64,000 bases of DNA from Trichoplax sp. H2. Taxonomy: Eukaryota. Made by a program: the position numbers and the translations under genes. The stretch lies in NCBI GenBank assembly GCA_003344405.1, contig NOWV01000024.1, positions 186,001 to 250,000 of the forward strand. The letters run 5' to 3'. The notes under the pieces were generated by a model. It worked only from the letters and a program-made list of their open reading frames with translations, was not told where the DNA came from and did not search any database. Within the stretch, counting starts at the first letter, position 1; every line of letters begins with the position of its first letter. This document shows, one piece after another, positions 53,474-64,000 of the stretch.

Positions 53474-56400
53474 TTAAGAACGAGATTTAGCAACAAAGAT
53501 AGCAATCCCTACTGCACTAATACCCAACAAAGCTTGAATGTAATACTGCGATTCACGATCAGTTTCATCGATTGAAGTTTTCGCTTTATCTACGGCTTGG
53601 CGGTTGGATAACAAGCCTAGATTAACTGCATTTAAGACTTGAGATGTTTTCCTCCATACCTCACGACCACTTTCTTGAATTCTAATTAACGTTGGTGTTA
53701 TAGATGGATCATTTTGGACACTTTCTTGCTCATTTTCTTCCTGATTCGATACTTGAATCTGATCGACATGATCTTCCGCTTCTTTTAATTTAACTTCACG
53801 ATCCTGTAATAATTTACGATGTTCCTCAAGTTGTTCCTCTTCTTGACATAACTTAGAATTTAATTCTGTCATTTCTTTCTCTTTCTTGTCAATAAAATCC
53901 TTTACTAAGTGTTGATCATGAACTTTATCCACAATTTTTTTGCCAATCTGACTGGCTTTGATCAGCCTTGATTGTAAATCATCCCGGCATTTTTTAGTAT
54001 TGACTTGGGTAGCAAGATTCTCTTGTTGTGCTTGCTTTACTTCCAAGCTGCGTATTTGCAGCTGTGTCTTTAAATATAGACACATTCGTTTCCAGTTTTC
54101 ACATTGCCATTTTGTTAATCGCTCTTGCAAGCGAGCTAATAAGATTTGCTGATATTGATCTTCTATTTTAGGATAGTTCATTTTATGGCATGAAGAAAAA
54201 TTTTCTTTAGCTTCTTCAAGATGTTGCTCATGCAATGCAAACAGAACGTTATCCTCAACATAGATCGGATGCTTCTCTAGCTCCTGTAGATAAATAGTTG
54301 TAATTAAGAATCAATTCAATTTCAACCAAAACTAAAAATGGTAATGTCTAAGAATGCTGAAATTGTATGTGAGCTCTTCAATAGGATAAATCAAGCTCAG
54401 TGATTTTAATTTGCAAGGTAGATTTTGATATTTTTAGTAGGAAATAAAATTTTTTTATCGAACGTAATATTAATATTCTTAATACTCTATCTACTGGGAT
54501 GGCTATAATAGCCGGAAATAGATACTTAGACGTAAATAAAGTATGAGATGACAAGCACCTTTGCCATGGCTTGATCGTAAGTTTCCAAGATAGCATCAAC
54601 AGCACTTTGGTAAGTTGCCTCAGCCGTTGCCTATTCATTTTCGATTGGTAAATTAAGCCTACATAAATCATCTTGTGTTCAAGCTTACTTAATAAAGGAT
54701 TGTATTTACCTCGAAAAGAAACTTTGGTTCAGGTAGCTGACCTCCTTGCAAAGTTGCAAAAAATTGCTAAATCAAAAATATAATAAATTAATTGAAAGTT
54801 AGATAGAATGGTAAATTACAATTATTCAAAATTAAACACTCTTGCAAGCTACTAACTTTGAAAATCGATGCTAAATCACGACAAGTCATCTGTCTATGAT
54901 TAAATCTTTTAATTTGAAGGTTTTTTGGATGTAATAAATGACTTGCTAAAATTTGAACATGATCTTTAAAGGGCTTATTGATGTCTAAACGTATTAAAGA
55001 GCATGCGATGGGAAATAAAATAAATCATTCATATAGAAAAGAGCTATAATATTTTTCTAATCTGACATGGTATAACTAGCCTCGATTACAAGAGCTAGAA
55101 GTAGAATAATTAGGATGAAATCGTTCCGTTACTGATGATACTAATCTCTTAGTTTCCTAATTGGATTAGCTAAATTTGTGTAATTAATAAAAGTGGATTA
55201 TAATGACTGAAACGATAAGATTCAAATCTTTCCCTTAAGTATGATCATAATCTCTTAGTCTCTTAATGATATTAGTTCAGTTTGTGTAATGAATACAAAT
55301 GGGCTATAATAAATATAATGATAAGATTCAAACCATTTCATTAAGTACGGTAATGATCTCGTAGTCTCCCAATTAGATTAATTAAATTTGTATAATTAAA
55401 AATAACCTGATAGGTTTCCCACGAATTTGGCGCTACTTGCTACTTTATCACCAGGATATGGAAATAGGTAGCAGTCGACATTTTCAAAGCAGGATAAGAT
55501 AAAGTTATTGACTCTTTCCAGTTCTTCCGGTATTCCATCGCTCATCTTATAGGTAAAAATAGACGTTCGTTAGCCTAATAATCTATAGCCTAACAGAAAA
55601 TAGACTTAATAGCTTTTTGCTGTACCTCTGTCAGTAAATCCTGGAGGTACTTATTACCACCATAAACACCAAATTCATATTCATCATAGTTAATCCAATC
55701 TCTTACCAAAAATGTTAAGTTCTAATAATTATAGTTTTAGATTTAATCTTTGCTGCTATTAATTTCATCATATAGTTTGTTATATCTGTAATTGCAGTTG
55801 GGAGACTGCGTAGGACTCATATTTTGAACATAAAATTTCCAACCTGAAATGGTACCGCATTTCGATTTTCTGTAACATATTTTGCATATTGAGTTACAAA
55901 CTAAATAGAATGTGAAAGAGATTTAAGAATTTCAATTACTTTACCGAGCATCCTTAAAATGATACGTAAATAAAAAAATTATTAAAATTTGATTGTGCTA
56001 CATATTGTTATCGATTAACCTTTAACTGCTCAAATTCAACCTGGCTGATATTTTTTTGGACATTGATAATCTGTAAAAATTAATTTAATCTATAGTTATA
56101 TCTTTAGGTCTATATACTAGTCTTTTAGTAGTAAAAATCGACATAAAATCTTATTATTGATCAAAAAATTGACCGATAAAACTCTAATGCTGCAACATTA
56201 GATTTATCTAAATCTATCCTTTGTAATTAAGCGATGAATGTAATTTTAGAGCTGTATGCTATTTTTTAAGTAGTAAAGAATCGAACACAAAATATCTGTA
56301 TTGATCAAAAAATAGACACTTAAGCTCTAAACTACAACATCAAATATGTCTATGTGTATTCTATTTGAATTAAGCTATGATTATAGCTATAAACCTATAT

Positions 56401-59400
56401 GCTAGTCTTGTAGTAGTGAAAAATTGAATAGAAACTATCAGATTTGACCATAAGTTGACCGATGAAACCCTAATACCGCAAAGGTTTACTAACATTAAAT
56501 ATATCTAAATGTATACTATTTTTATTAAAGCGGTAAGACACACAACCGTGAAATTCTCTAACTAAAAAGGCTTAGTACTCTATGGAGTATGAAAACTTCA
56601 TTGAGTTATAGCTGTTCAAAAACTTGCGTTTTATTCATCAAACTTGTCAATCTTGCAATAATTGCCATCGGAAAGAGCTATCACATATCAACAGGTGTAT
56701 TTCAATAACGTAATTTTGTGCTACCTTCAGGATTATCTTGAATACTGTCGAATGTACCAAAGCAAATCATCTATGGGCTAATTTATGCTTCAGTCAATTG
56801 ATTAAACTACAGAAGTTGCATCGGAGTAATGTAATCTTACTTAAAATAATGATATTACTAATTTCCTCTTCACCATAGCTGTCATGCTTAAAATCCAGCT
56901 ACAAACTGTCAATTCTTAAACATAAGATAGATTTTCCTGTAAGTCAACAATCAAACTATAGTATTACACAATTTTTAAATCATGTTTTCTTCCTATTCTT
57001 TATATTCTGAATAGACTATATTAAACGATAAGTTTATAAACATAAAATTTTGGAAGCGCGGTCAAGCATTATAAAACCTCAATCAGTTGATTGTAGAATT
57101 TTGAAGCAGTAATATATCTGAGCAGTAATTTTATTGAAAAAAATACCTGCTGGGAACTGATGATGGTGCTTAAAACAAATATGACACTATTAACCAATGG
57201 AGATGTTGTATTGTCGAAAAGTCCTTGAGTATCGATTAAAACTACCGCCACCTTTAGATGAAGATAAATTAAAAATACTATTACTGATACAAGATAACAT
57301 AACATGAATTAGACAAATCATCGACAGCCTAATTTAATTTTAAAAATTTTTATTCCTTGGATATCGATTACAGCTAAAGCCACCTTTAGGGGAAAATAAA
57401 TTAAAAGCTATGCTACTGATAAAAGATAGTATAACATAAATTTTAAAAATCTTCTACAGTGTTATTTAATTTAAAGCTAATTCTATCTTATAAAATTTTT
57501 ATCGATTAGTACGTGGAAATATAGTCGTTAGTCTGGAATAAATCTATTCAAATACTAATTGCCTATCATCAAACAAACCTCTTCCCCATCAGGTAGCTGA
57601 ACCAAAAATGGTCTATGCCACATGTACATGCCGGTAGTTACGCGTTTACTAGAGCGTTTCCATTTAAATCCTCGAATATGATCAATGTGATCGTGATCAA
57701 GCCAATCAATGGAACGATTATTAGACCGTTGATGATTAGCAATCTGTGGATTTAGAATCAAATTTAGTTATTCTCTGTCGCATAATGGCTGAACGGCTAT
57801 TGCAAATTGATTAGCATGCTAACTTCGGATGCTTTTGAATATACTGTGATAATGAACTACAAATTGGATTATTAAATTTGATGAAGCTTAGTAATATTAT
57901 CACCTGTTTTTCAAGATAGAAGCGGAAAAAATTTAATAAAAATGACTTTCCTTGACGGTATTTGCCATTAATAGACACAACGACCACCTTTTTATCGCGA
58001 AAATCTTCACGCATTAAGACTGATTCTAGTGCAGCCTCGTTTAACTGCAAATTGTTCTGGTTTTCAACGTTTAATATCTGAACAGCGACTGTTATAGAAT
58101 ATTAGAAAGCAGACAAAGATTAAGCTTTAATTCAACCCTTATTAATTGAAAGTTTTACCGCTTACCTTGTTCGGTAAGTGGCTCGTTGATTTCCTTCTCT
58201 GCCTTGGCATTAACATCTTTCTTAGCAAAATTGAATTTATCAAACCCATTCTTGGTATTATGATTATTATTCGCGTTCTTGATATTTTCAACATCTGCAA
58301 AGAATACAAATCAAGATCTGATGACTAAGTCTAACATTAAAAGTTCTATATTTTACTAGAAAACCAACAAGTTGCAAAGCAAATTTAAGCCAGTCTAATA
58401 ATAACATTTCATGAAGTTCAGTATTTAGTTTAGGATTAAACTTTGTCATAAATTTTGCTGTAAATTAGCGATCATAGCTTTTACTTATGGCTTCACTTGC
58501 TAATGGAGCAATTAAAGATTTTAAGTGAAATGGTCTATGGCAAATTATTAATCTATTCGTTATTAAATGTACAATCTGCTCATATTTGTATGTCTAAACG
58601 GAAAAGTAGCGTTAATCAAAATACAGTTCATGTAATGGTTGTAGTAATTATTGTGCATTTTAGAATTATACTTTATCATAGACTAATAAATTGTGACTTT
58701 AACGATTACTTCAATTAAAAGAGGACGTGAAATTAACATTAGAAAGGTCGAATCAATTTTTATTCCAGTTTAATATTTTTGCTGTACTTTCAAGCTTATC
58801 GTTTCATAATTTACTGGAAGCTTAATTCAAAGTTATATTTTTTTGACTTTGATTTCGATCAGCTATCATATCAATTTAATAAATTGCCTAATCTTCACCC
58901 AATATTATCATTGAAGCATACATTTATGTTTGTTGTTATTATTTTCTCCTCTTGGGTGATCATGGATTAGTATTACGTCGGCAGTTAAAAAAGTCCTGGA
59001 TACTATATAGGCTATAAACGTTGTCATCACTATTTATTTCTATAAAGGATCAAGCTATCTACTAGAAATATGCTAATCATTACTATTGTTATGATCTGGT
59101 TGTGAAATAAATTAAATCGATCCTTAATGTTCACAAGCCCAAGTTGGTAAAACGTCCATATGTCAAATAAAAGTATCGGGGTTATCTTGCTATTTTCTGA
59201 TACCTTAATGCTCTTCAGAGAATAACATAAGCACAAGACATTTTATCATCGCTTTTTTCTGCTCATTTCTTATGTAGTTTTATGCTATCTTACAGATGAA
59301 ATCATCTTAGACCTATGCAATAATTGTAATTACTAGGAAGCAAAACGACATTTTTCAATTCTATAATACGTCTTCTCTTCGGTATTTTCTTTCTAATATT

Positions 59401-61127
59401 AGTTAGCCTATGTCAGCAATTCCAGTTGGTAACATCAATAATAATCGAGCTAATAGTTTTTTCCCCGGGAGATTTTGCTTTAATCTATGATTTATTTTTC
59501 CATCTAAATTTCAAGTTGCTGTAGAATCTAAGCTTTCAAGCAGGCTAAGTGCCTAAGGTGTATTTGCTTTAGTCATGTACTTATAAAAGTAAATTCGTAA
59601 TCATGTCATTTCACAACTTGCTGCTTAATTCCTGCATAGCCGGGAATATTCTACGTATAAAAATTATGGAACAATGAAATTTCACATTCAAGAGCTGTTT
59701 AAAAACCAGGTATTTATAAAAATCAAATAGTACGACTGGAAATGTTGCAACCAAGCTATAATATCGTGCTATATAGAGCAATCGTCTCATAAGCTGCCCT
59801 CTAAATGGCTCTAATGTTACATTAAAAAAATGAAATTCCGATAACGTACTGTCTAAAATCTTAATGTCGGAAATTTGATGAGAATTGTTTTGTTGATCGT
59901 ATCTACCGTCAATTCATGCCCAATATTCAGAGGATCTGGTGAAAATAGCCTACAGAAATCAACATTTGCAACTTGTGACTAAATTAACTCAATGTTTTTT
60001 GTAAAAAGGAGCATAGGAAATCCCTTTAAGCAATTCTAAGAAAAATACGTTCTATGTGACCGTAACGATAAGTATGAATTTCGCAACTGGAAATTTTGCC
60101 CCTAACATATCCTATTAAAAAATTAATGAGTCTTTAATACCGTAGAGAAGTAACATTAGGTCGTACTAACGATAATTCTAGGATTACCAAAGTCTAATAA
60201 ATTAATGGGTACATAATGATACGATCAACTAGAGAACGCATTATTGTGTGAGATTAAGGTTTTGCGCGTCTTTAGCGACAGATCCAAAATTTAGACTCGT
60301 GCTACGTTAGACATAATCTTAGGACCTAGCGTAATAGTGCAAGCTATTACAGATACGTATAGACTTCATAAACTACCATAATATACAGGTATTACAGTCT
60401 GATTTTATTAAATATACTGGACCAAATTATAAAGATGAAGGAAGACGATGATAGTAATTGGGAATGATCATGTTATGAATAGAAAAATAATTACTCTATG
60501 TATAATTTATTGAAAAGTAAGTCTTAAAAATCGATTGAAGCACCAAAATGATAGAATATGCTCAAGAAGTCTCAAAGATTTCGAGATTTTGACGCATACT
60601 ATCGAGCACTCACTACAGCTATGGACATATTTCATATTAATAATATTTTAAATTACGAACACTGATAAGCAGCTTACTTTCGTAATAACTCTTTGGAATA
60701 GTAGGTAACAGAAAGGAATCATCAATGGGAACTTTCGATGCTCCTAAAGGTGGTTGGTGAACGTCAGATAAAGACAGAACAACATATTCATCGGATAATT
60801 TCTCTAGATGGATAAATACATTAATTGTTAATTATCGATGAATTATAGGTAAAGAAATAAAGTCCAACGTAGAATTAAAAACAAAAACAATTTTCATCTT
60901 ATTACGTGTCTAACGGCAGAAAACATGTGACAAAAAATAAAATAGACGTTTAATCGCCTGATTAAATGCTATCTAAGGATACTTTAATAGCATAGATAAA
61001 ATCCTATCACATCGGATGGACTACTATTAACAATCCAACGATATCAAAATAAGAAATTGCTTCAACAGAAATCGTAATGATTAATAAATAAATACCGACT
61101 CTTACCTGTGCTCAGATTTTCCGCCAT
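53474..61127 (-). CDS. ATL: Atlastin-like large GTPase (GB1/RHD3 family) with coiled-coil extension and C-terminal tail anchor; ~14 exons (61127-61106, 60803-60678, 58294-58166, 58088-57904, 57743-57579, 57251-57147, ~56070-54559, 54283-53474)
   Basis: LNEAALESVL..DKKVVVVSINGKYRQGKSFLLNF (G1), GFKWKRSSKRVTTGMYMW (G2), VLIDTQGLFD (G3), PFQNLTFLVRDW (G4), CFENVDCYLFPYPGDKVA, LPEPK..ATAEA are all atlastin blocks. The two most 5' exons are phase-compatible but less certain. Confidence 0.85.
55136..55400. repeat. Intronic tandem repeat ~106 bp x2.5
   Basis: taatctcttagt.tc.taat...tttgtgtaat...gataagattcaaa..ttt...ttaagta is repeated. Confidence 0.75.
56110..56530. repeat. Intronic degenerate tandem repeat ~143 bp x3
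   Basis: tata.ctagtctt.tagtagt.aaaa..tcga...ttgatcaaaaaat.gac...ctctaa...caacat.a.at.t.tcta at ~56111, ~56254 and ~56396. Confidence 0.7.
57318..57460 (-). pseudogene. Degenerate duplicate (pseudo-exon) of the G3-motif exon and its acceptor within the atlastin-like intron
   Basis: ctaaag|GTG at 57383 reads VALAVIDIQGIKIFKIKLGCR*, whereas the true exon at 57251 reads VAVVLIDTQGLFD. Upstream intron sequence is also duplicated (132-bp period). Confidence 0.7.
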
Positions 61128-64000
61128 GTTTAATTTATTTCTATTAGCAACAACCAGATTCTTCACCGGGTATATTAAATAGAATAGAACCTTCTAATAT
61201 ATCCTACAGACTCTACTCTATTTTAGAGAAACAAAGCCTTGAAAATACTTCGATCTTATTGTAGAAAAAGAGAAGCAATGATCATTAAGGTTAAGGCTAG
61301 TTCTGAATAAGTCCTGCAATAAAAATTAATTATACTATAATCACTACGGTGTAATCGGCTGATGAATAATGGGATACGGTGCACTGCTTAGATGGTGTTA
61401 ACAAACACTTACAGATAGGATGAAAAAGTGAGGATACCACTGTTGATCAATTAGAAGGACAAATTCAAATGATAGCGAGTATTATGAGCCTATTTTAGAT
61501 TACTAATCTTAAATAATAAGTGTTTAATTATCGGTCGGCTGATTCTAAAAGTAGAGAAATGTTTGAAAAAAGTAGAAAGGATAACAGCAATATGCACAGG
61601 TAATATGTATATTAGCTACATCCAAACAATTTTAATCCTTATATCTTATTGGAGAACTATACTCGTATAGATATATACTATTTATTTATTTATTAGCATT
61701 AAAAATAGTAGGGGAAAATTGGATCAATTCAATAATGTAACACTAGCGTTGATCTCACATTATACACTATAGCTAAAACCTTGAGCAGAGCTTGGGGTCT
61801 GCAATGAACTAGAATTTCTCTGATTTCGGGATTGACTTAAAATAACAAACAAACTCGATGCATTATGATCATACAAATTTTTCATTGAAAGAAATGATTA
61901 CTTGAACCTATGGGATTTCATCAGACACTCGAAGTTATTACACCGATTAATAGTAAAAATATTAATTAAGAAATGGAGAATTTACTAAAATTCTTACCTT
62001 CAACTGATGCAGTCGATGGATCAAAAATCGTACAAATAAGGACAAGAATTTTATTGCGCAAATTGTAATGACCGAGTAATAATCTCTTACTATTACTGTA
62101 GGTTCACTTTTTACGTAACCCCAAATTTGAATTAACGAAATTGAGCAATTCCCTAATGTGACACACTAATATACTAGAAATAATGCAAGTGAGCCGTCTC
62201 ATCCTATTAGCATCTACAATTAGCTGAAATCATTACATAGTACCAGAAAAATAGGAAGGTACGCTAAACTGACTGTCTTGGACTTTTATATGTTCTAATA
62301 ATTTTTTAATTTAGAAAAAAATGATTCGATCAAGTAGATCACTAGTATTGCTCATGTCAATGTCATGACTTGCGCATTCTATGTTATATGCTGTGGAGAT
62401 ACCTTTAATGAATAATATTTTGATTCGATTTTAACCTGGCTGTCATTGGTTAAGGTTATTATGTTGAGGATTGGACTACTTTCGTACCCTGCAGATAAGC
62501 TATAATATCAATTAATTAGAATAACCTTGAAGTCGTAGTGCTATATTGGTGAGGTCGTGAGGATAATCAACCTCGCCCTGTGGATGAATGCCTGAATGAT
62601 TGATTAAAATCGCTATGTTCTACAAGTTCTATAACTAATTATCCAGTTTCACTCTGATATTGTAAGCATATCTAAAAAATAACAAAATATTATCTGATAT
62701 AGGTTTAGGGGTTCAATTTTAAAGGATTAATCGCGTATTTGCATACCCTGCTAGCAAGGTATGTCAGTAACACTAAAGATTGTCAATTTTTGATATTTCA
62801 ACATTTGGCAATGGCTAGGTATTACTAGCTAGCGTGTTAATCATAATACGATTGTATCATGTAGCTTTTAACGCATCAGTGGTCGGTGGAGATTAATGTA
62901 GCGGGTGTATGTACGTGACCTTTTTGTAATATTTATGATTAATATTCAAGCAAAGTTGCTTATCCAATTTGGCTTATGTTTAACTTATTAAGATATCTAT
63001 CTGAGAATATTCTAAAATCAAAATATTTTGTAAATTAAATAAAATCAAGGTCAAATATAGTAGAAAATAAATATTGCTTATTATTAAAGATGGATACGAA
63101 ATGTTTTACCATCGCCAGTCTTACTCTTGCAAATTTCTAATGAAGGAAAAAGTCCTTTGCAAAATAGATCGATTGAAATGAAATATATTGAACCTCCTTA
63201 ATGGATGCTATCCATACCGTCCGTACCTTGCAGAGTTATAACTAATTATCGTAGTGAAATTCGCAGCTAAAATGATTCCTTCCAAGCTTTGACTACCATA
63301 AGTTCCCTGAAATTACCACTTAGATCATCCAAAATGACATAATTACATATTCATTATCTATATGTTATACTTAACGATAGTCTATATGGTGATAATCAGT
63401 CATATAAGTGTAAATCTCAGGAATGTATAATTAATGCAAATCATGCAGTTTAAAGGGTTACTTTAGCTAATTAATTATTCGGTAGGAAATAATAATTATA
63501 ATCACTACGATATTATACGCGTAGTATAGTTAGCCTAAATACAACTTATTAAAATAATACGTGTAAATCCAAATCAGTCTTTTCCCGTATCTTCTATCAA
63601 AAGCTGATAACTAAAAATGTCATTATTACCATCATACGATTATAAATTTGATTAAGTTAACCCTTCATGACATGCTCCACGTTTTCATTTATGCACTGTA
63701 TTAGCGGTTACGAAGATAAGTTAAAGTTCTCACGGAGATTGACCGTAACAATTATACTAGTTACAAATTTGTCGCAAATCGATAATATCAATTTGTAGGG
63801 GCAAAAGATTGGTTGGTAGTATGTTAGTTGTTGAACTTATTTCTTGTTCTAAAATGAAAGACATTGCGTCTCTTAGTTTCCGACAAAAGATCAATTTGGC
63901 TTCGCTTGTCAATTTAAAGCCTGATTTCAACTTCAGCAGTTATATCATTTTTTTCAGACCCTGTTTATCGCTTTTTATGTATATATATTTCAAGATATTC

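Noticed and set aside
56525..56800. Possible TTAA-flanked (Kolobok/piggyBac-like) element starting TTAAAGCGGTAAGACAC
   Set aside because: No matching inverted end was found, so there is too little support.

Overview
AT-rich eukaryotic (animal) genomic DNA with short GT-AG introns. The compact gene spacing and gene set suggest an early-branching metazoan such as a placozoan (inference only). I assembled seven spliced genes by hand: KMO (5' part, -), NEK4 (+), a dystroglycan-like gene (+), ATP23 (-), a CCDC66-like gene (-), a ~17.5 kb adhesion GPCR (-) and an atlastin-like GTPase (-). The main points are: (1) an adhesion GPCR with the unusual architecture signal peptide / IgGFc-binding (FCGBP N-terminal) domain / acidic DxDxDG motif / HYR-like repeats / 27 one-exon EGF repeats / Ig / HRM / GAIN-GPS / divergent 7TM; (2) an atlastin-like GTPase in which the membrane hairpin is replaced by a long coiled coil and a single C-terminal tail anchor; (3) a dystroglycan-like protein lacking the N-terminal domains and the PPxY tail; (4) RFX X-boxes upstream of the two ciliary genes; (5) MITE/Tc1 remnants and TACAGTA-rich tracts. 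I recognised no tRNA, rRNA or CRISPR array. Exon coordinates were read manually and may be off by a few bases.
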